Shown here: piece by piece, positions 20,121-30,176 of the stretch
Layout of the letters: each line of letters starts with the position of its first letter
Numbering within the stretch: position 1 is the stretch's first letter
NCBI GenBank assembly: GCA_965197475.1
Contig: CBDANF010000002.1
Coordinates: 1,216,001-1,280,000, forward strand
Direction: 5' to 3'
DNA: 64,000 nt
Source: Candidatus Poribacteria bacterium
Lineage (GTDB): Bacteria > Poribacteria > WGA-4E > WGA-3G
Program-made: the position numbers and the translations under genes
Notes under the pieces: generated by a model
Databases searched by the model: none
Seen by the model: only the letters and a program-made list of their open reading frames with translations
Told to the model about the DNA's origin: nothing

Positions 20121-20885
20121 ATGAACAAATTTGCGAAAAAGGAGTTATTAGAAAAAATATCCAGCATTTTCTTGCTATGTTTGTTAGTTGCTTCATGTGA
20201 TTCGCTATACCCATTAATTCCAGATGAACTTGAGGACAAACCCATCTATCTTGATGGACAGGAGCTGAGTTATACCATAACAGATGATGGTATTTACTTA
20301 GAAACGTCTAAAGTCAATGATCCGCTCACACCGCTTCTAAAACTCTTAAGTAATGAAGAGAAGTCGAAAGGCCAACTTCTCTATGGAACTCTTGAGAGTG
20401 TTGATCATATTTACGATGGGGATACAATTGGGAGAACAATCGGCGGTGTATTTCATGGTGTCTCTGTGAAGATCTATCCAGAGTGTGATCTTGCGGAATC
20501 TGAGACTAACACGCTTTGGTTAGGTGTTGAATGCCGTGAGGATGGAATTTTCACTGTGACAAAAATCAGGATATCCGGAATTGACGCGCCTGAAAAATAT
20601 CCAAAGACGGCAGGACGCACTGAAGAATCTCTGAACAGAGAAAAAGCACGAGCTGCGGCTGCATTAGAATTTCTTAAATCGTTGATTCTTAAATACAACG
20701 AAGATGGAAAAGAAATAGGATTTGCGATTAGAATTATCGACAACTCCAAATATGGAGACACTCTTGCAGATGTCATTCTCTTCAATGATGAAATGTATGT
20801 TGATGTTGCTACCGAAATGATAAAAAATGGACACGCCGTGTCCTACGATGGCGGAACAAAAACACACGATTGGGGCGCGGAGTGA
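20121..20885 (+). CDS. Thermonuclease (SNase) family lipoprotein
   Basis: GGAGG RBS, lipobox LVASC, IYDGDT, IRISGIDAPE, SKYG.TLADV, MIKNGHAV.YDGG. Confidence 0.8.
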   Translation: MNKFAKKELLEKISSIFLLCLLVASCDSLYPLIPDELEDKPIYLDGQELSYTITDDGIYLETSKVNDPLTPLLKLLSNEEKSKGQLLYGTLESVDHIYDGDTIGRTIGGVFHGVSVKIYPECDLAESETNTLWLGVECREDGIFTVTKIRISGIDAPEKYPKTAGRTEESLNREKARAAAALEFLKSLILKYNEDGKEIGFAIRIIDNSKYGDTLADVILFNDEMYVDVATEMIKNGHAVSYDGGTKTHDWGAE

Positions 20886-20919
20886 CGGTTCACATCCTTT
20901 TAATCGAACCTGTATATAA

Positions 20920-21769
20920 TAGACATTATAATGATTTAAATAACAGGAGTTTCATAACGCCAGGGTCTGAAGTTTAGGCGAAAATTGTGTAAACCACAAT
21001 AGGTTTCCATAACTAAATCACAAAACCCTTTCTTCCAATTCCTGAGTTTATCTTTGACAATGCGGCATCTTTTGACACCACTAATCGCATGTTCAACGCG
21101 TATGCGTATAGACGCTATCTTTCTATTGTTTTCTTTTTCTTCATTCGTCCGTTCTCTACCTCTCGGTTTTTTCTTCGGTTGAATGATGTTTATATCCGGG
21201 AGAACGAAACCCTGAAAACCGGTATCTTGGGACAATGTGCTACCCTGTGGCACACAATAGCCCACCATATCGGCTATGTGTTTGTCATGATATCTCCCTT
21301 CAAAGAAGGTGTCAATAGGACAACTTTGCAGGTCTCATTGATAATCAAATTATTTTTCACTGTATGACATTTCTTTTTACCACTATAATAACCCTTTTGA
21401 GTTTGTGGGTCTTTGGGGCATCGTATCGGGCGTTCGGTGCTATCATGAAAAAAATGTTCTCCTTCTTGATTTTGAGTTGATACTTTTGATGGAGCACATA
21501 TAGGGGCGGGGTCTGTTTCCCGAGATGGCAACTCTCCAAGTTTTGCTAATGCTTTGTTCAATATTGATAAAAGCAAGTGAATCCATCTATTAGCAAGAGG
21601 TTGAGACATACCAAAGAGCGCACCCAATAGAACTTGTTTCGGAGCATCACGCAGGTAAATCAAGATAAATAGCAACATATCTTCATGGCAAGCAAAACGA
21701 CTATTTTTATAGGGTTTATATCTCCGATTTTTGCGTGGTTTGCCATCAAGGGTATGTGTTCGCATATAT
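20920..21769 (-). pseudogene. Truncated, frameshifted IS5/ISL2-group element (second copy)
   Basis: End TAGACATTATAA at 20920. Homologous to the 21786-22733 transposase but lacks the 5' end and has a 1-A deletion near 21300 (CAAAGAAGG vs CAAAAGAAGG) that splits the ORF. Confidence 0.85.
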
Positions 21770-22812
21770 TAGACATTATAATGATTTAAATAACAGGAGT
21801 TTCATAACGCCAGGGTCTAAAGTTTAGTCGGAAGTTGTGTAAACCACAACAAGTTTCCATAACTAAATCACAAAACCCTTTCTTCCAATTCCTGAGTTTA
21901 TCTTTGACAATGCGGCATCTTTTGACACCACTAATCGCATGTTCAACGCGTATGCGTATAGACGCTATCTTTCTATTGTTTTCTTTTTCTTCATTCGTCC
22001 GTTCTCTACCTCTCGGTTTTTTCTTCGGTTGAATGATGTTTATATCCGGGAGAACGAAACCCTGAAAACCGGTATCTTGGGACAATGTGCTACCCTGTGG
22101 CACACAATAGCCCACCATATCGGCTATGTGTTTGTCATGGTGTCTTCCTTCAAAAGAAGGTGTCAATAGGACGACTTTGCAGGCCTCATTGATAATCAGA
22201 TTATTTTTCACTGTATGGCATTTCTTTTTACCACTATAATACGCCTTTTGAGTTGATGGGTCTTTTGGGCGTCGTATAGGGCGTTCGGTGCTATCATGAA
22301 AAAAATGTTCTCCTTCTTGATTTTGAGTTGATACTTTTGATGGAGCACATATAGGGGCGGGGTCTGTTTCCCGAGATGGCAACTCTCCAAGTTCTGCTAA
22401 TGCTTTGTTCAATATCGATAAAAGCAAGTGAATCCATCTATTAGCAAGAGGTTGAGACATGCCAAAGAGCGCACCGAATAGCACTTGTTTCGGTGCTTCA
22501 CGAAGGTAAATCAGTATAAATAGCAACATATCTTCAGGTGTATCAAAACGACTATTTTTATACGGTTTATATCTCCGTTTTTTGCGCGGTTTTCCTGCAA
22601 GGGTATGTGTTTGAACATACTCTAAAAAACATTTAGTAAAATAAGGTGATAGTTCAGTCCAATCTTCTAAGGTATATCCGGTGAGGGACAGGAGCGTATC
22701 AGGTTTGTCCCTTAGTTCTTGAAAACTTATCATGAGTTAGCCTCCTATTGTCCGATTGTAATAAGTATAATAGAGACTAACCAAACGGACAACTAATTAG
22801 TTATAATGTCTA
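21770..22812 (-). mobile_element. IS5-family (ISL2/IS702-like) insertion sequence
   Basis: TIRs TAGACATTATAA (21770) / TTATAATGTCTA (22801-22812), with ATAT on both flanks. Confidence 0.85.
21786..22733 (-). CDS. IS5/ISL2-group DDE transposase
   Basis: HDSTERPIRRP..QKAYYSGKKKCHT, QDTGFQG, RIRVEHAISGVKR, N-terminal HTH. Confidence 0.88.
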   Translation of the reverse strand: MISFQELRDKPDTLLSLTGYTLEDWTELSPYFTKCFLEYVQTHTLAGKPRKKRRYKPYKNSRFDTPEDMLLFILIYLREAPKQVLFGALFGMSQPLANRWIHLLLSILNKALAELGELPSRETDPAPICAPSKVSTQNQEGEHFFHDSTERPIRRPKDPSTQKAYYSGKKKCHTVKNNLIINEACKVVLLTPSFEGRHHDKHIADMVGYCVPQGSTLSQDTGFQGFVLPDINIIQPKKKPRGRERTNEEKENNRKIASIRIRVEHAISGVKRCRIVKDKLRNWKKGFCDLVMETCCGLHNFRLNFRPWRYETPVI

Positions 22813-22846
22813 ATATGATACAACCACTATGTTAGTTAAATGTCAA

Positions 22847-22936
22847 ATGCGAAATAAAATCAACAAACTATATTTCGGCGACAATCTTGAAGTCATGCGC
22901 GAAATAGGCAGGCACAGGTACCCGCCCCTACAATGA
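22847..22936 (+). pseudogene. N-terminal stub of a site-specific DNA methyltransferase
   Basis: MRNKINKLYFGDNLEVMREI matches the typical NxLYxGDNL start of N6/N4 MTases. It runs into a REP-like sequence and stops. Confidence 0.55.
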
Positions 22937-23089
22937 TATGGAAAAATGTATCGGGATTGAAAACCCTTTCCCACAAGAAGGGGTTGCCCCTCACAACAAG
23001 GATTCGGTGCGGTTAGGAAACCGCACTTACCAAGAAGTATTCACATATTTTCAGATTTTACGATAACCAAATTTTAGAGGTATAAAAAA

Positions 23090-24106
23090 ATGTTTCAAAA
23101 CCTATCTATTCGATGTGTTGGAGTCGTATTGTTAATAACAGTACTTTTGATTCCAGCAGCTATAGCGGAGAAAGAAGTGGAAAAACCAAAAGAACTTACA
23201 GTTGGAATGATCGCACCAAGTTTTACATTAAAAGATGAGACAGCCAAAGACAGAAATCTCAGTGAATTCTTGGGCAAGAAGAACGTTGTGCTTGCCTTTT
23301 ATCCGAAAGATTTTACCGGTGGCTGAACAGCTGAACTTCAGTCGCTCCGGGAAAAATTGAGTGACATAGAGAAAACAGAAGCTGTCCTATTTGGTGTCAG
23401 TGTGGACAATGTTGAATCGCATAAAAGGTTCAAGGCGGAACAGCAGTTTGGATTTTCACTATTAGCAGATACTGAGTTTGAGGTCAGCAAGCAATACAGC
23501 GGCATTATGGAGAGGTTCAACGCTTCCAGACGCACTACCTTCATTATTGATAAGGCTGGATATATACGTGCGATTGATAAAAAAGTTAAAGTACAAACGC
23601 ATGGTGATGACGTTGTTAAACTGCTCAAGGAAGTACTTCCTAAAATAAAAGTTGGGCAGCCTGCTCCCGATTTTATCGCTAAGGATGTCGCGGGAAAAAC
23701 GCATAAACTCAGCAAGTTGCGTGAAAAAAAGAACGTGGTTTTAGCATTTTACCCACGTGATTTTGGGCGTGGCTGAACGGTTGAAGTTTGCTCGCTCCGT
23801 GATGAGGCGAGTAGTTTTACTGAACACGATGTCCAAGTTTTTGGGATTACTGTCAATGATGCAAAATCGCATCAGAAATTTACGGAAGAAAATGAGTTGA
23901 ACTTTCCACTTTTAGTGGATACTGAGAAAAATCTTGCCTTACTCTTTGGTGCTGCAAAAAAACCAGAAGACGAACGGTTCAAGCGGTTGACAATTGTTAT
24001 TGATAAAGCAGGAAAGATTGTGAAAATTGACAAAGAGGTTAACGCAAGCACACACGGGTCAGATTTAGTGGGATTTTTCAAAACCCCTGTTACGCCGAAA
24101 AAATAA
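23090..24106 (+). CDS. Exported tandem two-domain peroxiredoxin (BCP/AhpC-TSA) with two selenocysteines (U79, U229)
   Basis: Three track ORFs share one frame. TGA 23324 in FYPKDFTGG-U-TAELQ and TGA 23774 in FYPRDFGRG-U-TVEVC both sit at the peroxidatic Cys position. N-terminal signal peptide. Confidence 0.85.
23341..23365 (+). promoter_or_regulatory. SECIS-like hairpin 1
   Basis: GTCGCTC-CGGGAAAAATT-GAGTGAC, starting 14 nt after the UGA at 23324. Confidence 0.65.
23789..23813 (+). promoter_or_regulatory. SECIS-like hairpin 2
   Basis: TGCTCGCTC-CGTGAT-GAG(G)CGAGTA, starting 12 nt after the UGA at 23774. Shares TCGCTCCG with hairpin 1. Confidence 0.65.
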
Positions 24107-24109
24107 TTG

Positions 24110-24721
24110 ATGACACAAAAAACTTTTTCGGCATTTCCTGCGTGGGTCGCCTTGGGCACTTCCGTAATTTTTAGTCCGTTTATTGTGCCTATTGTGACAG
24201 CTGTGTTCGTTGTCCAAAAACATGCGAGTACAAGCCAAGACGCTATACTTTGGCTTGCTGTTGTAGGGACATTTGTAACAGTTCTACCAATATTGGTAAT
24301 CATATTGCTATTTCGGTTTTCAAAGGTGAGTAATATACATCTCCACACCAAAGAAGAACGGCTAATCCCGCTCTGTTTCACACTAGTCAGCATGATCTTG
24401 GGTACTATTATTCTCTATAAGATTGAGGCAAATCAAAGAATTATTTGGGTGTGCCAAGCATATATCGTTAACAGTGTGGTGTTTTCGGCTATAACACCAT
24501 TATGGAAAATTAGTTTCCATACCAGTGTTGCCACAGGCTGTATTATTGTTTTAGTTTTACTTGTTAATTTGAATTTGATGTGGCTTTTTCTTCTTATTCC
24601 GCTAATCGCATGGGCACGAATTTACCGGGAACGGCACACACTTCTTCAAGCTGTCGCTGGAACACTATTAGCAGCTGTGAACACGATGCTCTTTTCACAT
24701 TTTCTACCGCCTTCAGGTTAA
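24110..24721 (+). CDS. PAP2-like integral membrane protein
   Basis: Multi-TM. WKISFH and WARIYRERHTLLQ resemble PAP2 C-terminal motifs. Confidence 0.6.
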   Translation: MTQKTFSAFPAWVALGTSVIFSPFIVPIVTAVFVVQKHASTSQDAILWLAVVGTFVTVLPILVIILLFRFSKVSNIHLHTKEERLIPLCFTLVSMILGTIILYKIEANQRIIWVCQAYIVNSVVFSAITPLWKISFHTSVATGCIIVLVLLVNLNLMWLFLLIPLIAWARIYRERHTLLQAVAGTLLAAVNTMLFSHFLPPSG

Positions 24722-24800
24722 GGCGAAATAAAATGATCCTGCGGGTAGGAGTGCTTTGTACGCGCGCTGATCAACGATGTTTCTTTAATTGTAAAATGGA

Positions 24801-25601
24801 CTATAAATGACGTTCTAAAACGGGTAGATTATCCCAATCGCATTGCAAGCAGAAATAGCTGTCATTAATGCGTCTCACTTCGCCTTTACATTCAGGACAG
24901 TTCGTAAGCTGTTCGGGTTTGACCGGTTCCATTTCAGAGGAAGATGGGAACATCAACAACTGTTCTATTGGTATAACACTTTCCCGAGTGACGATATCTT
25001 GTTGCACAACTTCAATTACTTCTTGGGGGTTTAGATGGAGGGGAGGTGGCGCGTTGTCAGTTAGATCAATAAATTTACTCCGATAAAAACGGGTGATTTC
25101 AAAATCATTTACACGCCGCATGAATACCGTAAATTTTCCTGGCGATACCAAGTAGGCAGAAGAATCTACAATATGATGCTTCGCATTCAGCGTAAATTCA
25201 AAACCTTCATATTCAAAAATAGAATTGCCTCGGTCCATCCAAATTGTATCCGGAATTCTCTGAAACACCTCGTGTAATTCGTAAGAACGGGCAACAGAAA
25301 GTATTAAAGCGTATCGCTGATGCGGATATTGAGATAGACGTTCAATTGGAAGAAAAGATTCCGGTTCAGAAATTTGGTGGAGAAATGTCGTAAACGCTTT
25401 GTATGCCGCTTCTTTAGCTTCTCGCAAAATCGCACGATTTTCCCGTTGGAAGTTGGAGTTATCTCCTTCCGAGTCCAAAACGTTGTAATCGCTGATGTAC
25501 ATTTCAGTCTGGACATCAACATCAATAGTCCTATTTTCATTTCGTAGCAGATGAAGACGTTGAACCGGTTCTTCAACTGTTTTGATGACAAAAGGCAACA
25601 T
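24801..25601 (-). CDS. Hypothetical protein with C-terminal Zn ribbon
   Basis: 266-aa ORF with CPECKG...YFCLQCDW. Confidence 0.65.
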   Translation of the reverse strand: MLPFVIKTVEEPVQRLHLLRNENRTIDVDVQTEMYISDYNVLDSEGDNSNFQRENRAILREAKEAAYKAFTTFLHQISEPESFLPIERLSQYPHQRYALILSVARSYELHEVFQRIPDTIWMDRGNSIFEYEGFEFTLNAKHHIVDSSAYLVSPGKFTVFMRRVNDFEITRFYRSKFIDLTDNAPPPLHLNPQEVIEVVQQDIVTRESVIPIEQLLMFPSSSEMEPVKPEQLTNCPECKGEVRRINDSYFCLQCDWDNLPVLERHL

Positions 25602-25740
25602 GGCAACCCGTTTAAACTCCTTGATAGGATAGATGGGAGAATTTTAACATATTTGATGCGAATGTTCAACCAAAATTGATTCATACCCAGCGAAATTTGC
25701 TATCCTTATGGTAACGTGAGATCAAAATAAGAATTCAAAT

Positions 25741-25773
25741 GTAGGTTGGGTAAAGCGTGGGCGAAACCTAACA
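25741..25773 (+). repeat. GTAGGTTGGG-type REP-like palindrome
   Basis: GTAGGTTGGGTAAAGCGTGGGCGAAACCTAACA. Confidence 0.6.
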
Positions 25774-25950
25774 GAAAATACTTTTGACAAAATATTTATA
25801 CTCCCAAATCTATATTTTATTTGTATCTTCAGCGACTATGTGCTATACTATCTTATGGTGTAATATAATTAGACATTATCAGTTGCAGTATGCCTCTGAT
25901 GGGATCGAGGCTCTATTCTGTTGAGTTGTAGTTGAGAAAGGACACAGATT

Positions 25951-26697
25951 ATGTCAGGACACTCTAGATGGTCAACGATTAAACATAAAAAAGCAGCCAT
26001 TGATTCTAAACGTGGTAAGCTTTTTTCGAAATTGGTTAAAGAAATTACTGCGGCTGCACGCCTGGGGGGTGGAGATGTAGACATGAATCCGCGCCTTCGC
26101 ACAGCAATAGCAACAGCAAAGTCAAGCAACCTTCCTAATGACAATATAGAGAAGGCTATTCTTCGTGGCACTGGCGAACTTGAAGGTGCTTCTTTAGAAG
26201 AAATCGTTTATGAAGGATACGGTCCCGGCGGTGTCGCGCTGATGATAGAGGTGATAACAGACAACCGTAATCGTGCTGTCGCTGACATTCGACATGCGCT
26301 CGGTAGGTTTGATGGTAGAATCGGCGATCGCGGATGCGTGGCGTGGGGATTTGATAGATGCGGACTCATTGTTGTTGATGCGGATAGCATTGATGAAGAA
26401 GAGTTGTTTATGGTTGTGGCAGATGCGGGGGCTGAAGATTTAACACCATTGGAAAACGCTATTGAAATCATTACACCGTTTGAACAGTTTGATACCGTCG
26501 TTACTGCTATTCAATCCACCGATGCAGTCATTCAATTAGCGGAAATTAGCATGATTCCTCAAAATACGGTTAAACTTGAAGGCAAACAGGCAGAACGCAT
26601 GCTTCGGCTTATGGAAACTCTGGATGAACTGGATGATGTGCAAAAAGTTTACGCTAACTTTGACATTCCAGACGATATTCTCAAAGCAGCAGCGTGA
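25951..26697 (+). CDS. yebC: YebC/PmpR family protein
   Basis: MSGHSRWSTIKHKK, YEGYGPGG, TDNRNR, DDVQKVYANF. Confidence 0.95.
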   Translation: MSGHSRWSTIKHKKAAIDSKRGKLFSKLVKEITAAARLGGGDVDMNPRLRTAIATAKSSNLPNDNIEKAILRGTGELEGASLEEIVYEGYGPGGVALMIEVITDNRNRAVADIRHALGRFDGRIGDRGCVAWGFDRCGLIVVDADSIDEEELFMVVADAGAEDLTPLENAIEIITPFEQFDTVVTAIQSTDAVIQLAEISMIPQNTVKLEGKQAERMLRLMETLDELDDVQKVYANFDIPDDILKAAA

Positions 26698-26716
26698 TTA
26701 CAGGGACATATTGTTA

Positions 26717-27235
26717 ATGATTATCCTTGGGATTGACCCTGGCATTGCGAACATAGGTTATGGAATCGTCCAGTCTAACACAAAAGGTGCTCAACCGCTA
26801 CACTTCGGAAATATCAAAACCAGCCCCAAAAACGCATCAGAGGAACGTCTAAAATTAATATATGATACTATCACTGATCTCATTGCACAGTTTGACGTAG
26901 AAGCAGTTGTGATTGAAGATATTTTCTTCAGCAAAAACGTGAGCAGTGCTTTTGTTGTCGGCGAAGTGAAAGGCATTATCAAATTAGCAGCGGCGAACAA
27001 CAGTGCTTCTGTGGCAACCTATACACCATTACAAGTAAAACAAGCTGTTGTCGGATATGGAAAAGCGACAAAAATTCAGGTTCAAAGGATGGTACAGGCA
27101 TTACTAAAACTGAAAGAATTGCCACAACCTGACCACGCAGCCGATGCCTTAGCATTAGCAATTTGTCACGCGCGTTCCCACAAAATGATCCAACTGCAAC
27201 AAAAATATGAAAAAGTAAATGTCACTAAACGCTGA
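26717..27235 (+). CDS. ruvC: Holliday junction resolvase RuvC
   Basis: ILGIDPG, IEDIFF, VKQAVVGYG, DHAADALALAICH. Confidence 0.95.
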   Translation: MIILGIDPGIANIGYGIVQSNTKGAQPLHFGNIKTSPKNASEERLKLIYDTITDLIAQFDVEAVVIEDIFFSKNVSSAFVVGEVKGIIKLAAANNSASVATYTPLQVKQAVVGYGKATKIQVQRMVQALLKLKELPQPDHAADALALAICHARSHKMIQLQQKYEKVNVTKR

Positions 27236-27252
27236 AAGGAAAACGCATCAGC

Positions 27253-27849
27253 ATGATTGCTCATCTAAAAGGAACGCTTACCTATAAAGATACCAAAGCG
27301 GTTGTCGTAGATGTAAACGGGATCGGCTATTTAGTTGAAGTTCCGGAACGAACAATCAACGGATTACCTGCTATCGGCGAACCTATTACGTTTTATACCT
27401 ATTATAGCCAAAATAGAGAGAATGAAATAAAACTTTACGGATTCACTTCACGAGACGTACTTAAAATGTTTGAATTGGCACTCACCGTCAAAAGCGTTGG
27501 TCCTTCGCTTGGGCAAAATATCTTTACAATACTATCACCTTCACAATTCCAACAAGCTGTCCTAAAAGAGGATATGGCAACTTTAATGCGTGTCCCCCGG
27601 TTGGGGAAAGAAATCGCGCAGCTTATCATCTTAAAACTGAAAAAAAACATCGCCAAAATCAAATTAGAAGAAAAAGTCGACATCAGCGGCGTAGGATCAA
27701 CGCATCAAGAAGTTATTAATGTACTTGTTAATCTTGGAGCATCAGAACTTGAGGCTGAACAAGCAGTAGAAAAGGCGCAAGATTCTCTCGGTGAGAATGC
27801 TGAACGTGATGCTCTGGTGAAGGAAGCACTCCGATATATCCGAAATTAA
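27253..27849 (+). CDS. ruvA: Holliday junction branch migration protein RuvA
   Basis: MIAHLKG, VDVNGIGY, LYGF, VGP. Lies between ruvC and ruvB. Confidence 0.92.
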   Translation: MIAHLKGTLTYKDTKAVVVDVNGIGYLVEVPERTINGLPAIGEPITFYTYYSQNRENEIKLYGFTSRDVLKMFELALTVKSVGPSLGQNIFTILSPSQFQQAVLKEDMATLMRVPRLGKEIAQLIILKLKKNIAKIKLEEKVDISGVGSTHQEVINVLVNLGASELEAEQAVEKAQDSLGENAERDALVKEALRYIRN

Positions 27850-27945
27850 TCTTTTTATTATTGCAGACAATGTGAATTTTGCTAAAATGCAAAACACACT
27901 TTAAAAGCGAAACTGTTATGAACATCCTTGTGTTAGGACAACAAA

Positions 27946-28986
27946 ATGGATAAATTTGATATTCATGATAATAGTGAAGATGATTTCGGATACAGTCTCC
28001 GTCCGGAAACTTTAGATGAATTTATCGGACAAGAAAAAGCCAAAGAACAACTTCGTATCCACATTGATGCTGTAAAAAGTAGACGTGCTGCAAAAAGTAA
28101 GCGTACTGGAAAAAGTAAGGATTATGTGTTAGAACATGTCCTCCTCGTAGGTCCCCCGGGACTGGGCAAAACTACACTTGCCAAAATCATCGCTAACGAA
28201 TTTGGAACAAATTTCAAACAGACAATCGGTCCTGCCCTGGAACGTCTTGACCTCGCCTCTACATTGACCAATCTTGAAGAAGGTGATATTCTATTTATTG
28301 ACGAAATCCACCGAATGAAAAGGATAAGTCAAGAGTCACTTTACCCTGTCCTTGAAGAATTTGAACTCGATTTAGCTATTGGTCAAGGCCCCGGCTCAGA
28401 TGTTGTGCAAGTTGACATTGAGCCTTTTACCCTTGTGGGGGCAACAACGCGTGAAGGTTTGCTTGAAGGGCCTTTTCGCACCAGAATCGGAATCTATATA
28501 CATCTTGATTACTACACGCCTGAAGATATCCAACAAGTCATCCGTATCAATAGCGCAAAACTCAACATTGAAATAGAAGAAGATGCAGAATACGCTTTAG
28601 CACTGCGCGCACGCGGTACTATGCGAATTGCAAATAAGCTGCTGGCTAACGTCAGAGACTATGCACAAGTTAAGAGCGGTGGCGTTTTGACGCTTGATGT
28701 TGTAGAGGAAGCACTGGAATTCTTCGGTATTGATGAAAAAGGTTTAAACGCGCAAGACTACGCGTATTTCCGTGCCCTAATTGAGAATTTCAAAGGTCGC
28801 GCGGGGTTAAAAGCACTCGCTGTGGCACTCAGTGAAGATGAGCGAACTATCTCTGAAGTTTATGAGCCACACTATATTAAAGAAGGATTCCTGATGCTTA
28901 CACCGAGTGGGCGCGTTGCAACTGAAGCAGCTTATAAATATTTCGGATACCCAACTCACAATCAACCGACACTTTTTGACGTATAA
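27946..28986 (+). CDS. ruvB: Holliday junction helicase RuvB
   Basis: LRPETLDEFIGQ, GPPGLGKTT, FIDEIHR, FTLVGATT, TPSGR. Confidence 0.95.
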   Translation: MDKFDIHDNSEDDFGYSLRPETLDEFIGQEKAKEQLRIHIDAVKSRRAAKSKRTGKSKDYVLEHVLLVGPPGLGKTTLAKIIANEFGTNFKQTIGPALERLDLASTLTNLEEGDILFIDEIHRMKRISQESLYPVLEEFELDLAIGQGPGSDVVQVDIEPFTLVGATTREGLLEGPFRTRIGIYIHLDYYTPEDIQQVIRINSAKLNIEIEEDAEYALALRARGTMRIANKLLANVRDYAQVKSGGVLTLDVVEEALEFFGIDEKGLNAQDYAYFRALIENFKGRAGLKALAVALSEDERTISEVYEPHYIKEGFLMLTPSGRVATEAAYKYFGYPTHNQPTLFDV

Positions 28987-29025
28987 TCTGTCTTTCAGCA
29001 ACACCGAAATCAGTGAAACCTTTTT

Positions 29026-29052
29026 GTAGGCGCGGTTTTGAACCGCGCCTAC
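29026..29052. repeat. GTAG REP-like hairpin (possible terminator)
   Basis: GTAGGCGCGGTT-TTG-AACCGCGCCTAC, perfect stem. Confidence 0.7.
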
Positions 29053-29123
29053 TGAAGCTTAAAAATATTATAAATTTATCTGTTTCATTTCAAACGAACC
29101 TTTAGTTTTCAAACAATGAAGAT

Positions 29124-30152
29124 ATGAAACTAACAGATTTTGATTACGATCTCCCGACAGAGCGCATTGCGCAAGTGCCATTGCAGCATCGAGATGCATC
29201 ACGGCTCATGGTTATTGACCGAAGCACAAGAGAATTTCATCATACGCAATTTTCAAAGGTGGGAGAATTTTTGCCTGATGCAGCACTGTTAGTTTTGAAC
29301 GACACAAAGGTTATACCCGCAAGATTGGTCGGAAATAAAAGTGAGACCGGTGGCAGAACTGAATTGCTTCTTGTTGAGGAAAAGGAACGCGATACTTGGG
29401 AGGTACTTGCAAAGCCGCGTCGGAGCCTAAGGGTAGGCACGCAGTTGGTATTTGGCGATGGTGTATTGAAGGCAGAAGTCTTGGAGAAACCTGATAATGG
29501 AAATTGCATCGTCCATTTCAACTATGATGGCACATTTTTCGCAATCCTCGCTGAAATAGGAATGATGCCTTTGCCACCATATATTCGTCGTCCACCAGAT
29601 GCTGAGGATAAGGTGCGTTATCAGTCAGTTTATGCTTCTACCGAGGGTGCTATAGCGGCACCGACTGCGGGGTTACACTTTACCCAAGCATTGTTGGAGG
29701 AATTAAAAAGTAAAGGGTTACAAACCGCTATGCTAACACTGCATGTGGGAATTGGGACGTTTCAACCGGTCAAAGTTGAAAACGTCAAAACCCACAAGAT
29801 GCATGCAGAATATATACACCTTACTGAGAGTGAAGCGAATCGAATTCGTGAGGTGCGTAAAGCAGGTGCAAAAATAGTTGCTATCGGCACCACGGTAGTA
29901 AGGGCCCTCGAAACTGCAAGCGCGACCGGAACAATCAAACCTTATAGTGGGTATAGTGAACTTTTTATCTGCCCTAGTTATCAATTTAAAATTGTAGATG
30001 TGTTGCTAACCAACTTCCATCTACCGAAATCTACTTTACTCATGCTTGTAAGTGCTTTCGCTGACACAACGCTGATACAGAAAGCATACCAGGAGGCACT
30101 TCAACATAACTACCGTTTTTATAGCTATGGCGATGCCATGCTAATTCTTTAA
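29124..30152 (+). CDS. queA: S-adenosylmethionine:tRNA ribosyltransferase-isomerase
   Basis: DFDYDLP, NDTKVIPARL, PLPPYI, AAPTAGLHFT, TNFHLPKSTL, YRFYSYGDAM. Confidence 0.96.
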   Translation: MKLTDFDYDLPTERIAQVPLQHRDASRLMVIDRSTREFHHTQFSKVGEFLPDAALLVLNDTKVIPARLVGNKSETGGRTELLLVEEKERDTWEVLAKPRRSLRVGTQLVFGDGVLKAEVLEKPDNGNCIVHFNYDGTFFAILAEIGMMPLPPYIRRPPDAEDKVRYQSVYASTEGAIAAPTAGLHFTQALLEELKSKGLQTAMLTLHVGIGTFQPVKVENVKTHKMHAEYIHLTESEANRIREVRKAGAKIVAIGTTVVRALETASATGTIKPYSGYSELFICPSYQFKIVDVLLTNFHLPKSTLLMLVSAFADTTLIQKAYQEALQHNYRFYSYGDAMLIL

Positions 30153-30176
30153 AAACAGAGGAGAAATTATTTTACG

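Noticed and set aside
23090-24106. Peroxiredoxin pseudogene or three separate small genes
   Set aside because: Both stops are TGA exactly at the catalytic Cys position, in frame, with downstream hairpins. Recoding is more parsimonious.
25870-25879. TAGACATTAT matching the IS5-like terminal repeat
   Set aside because: Only 10 bp in AT-rich DNA, with no partner end.
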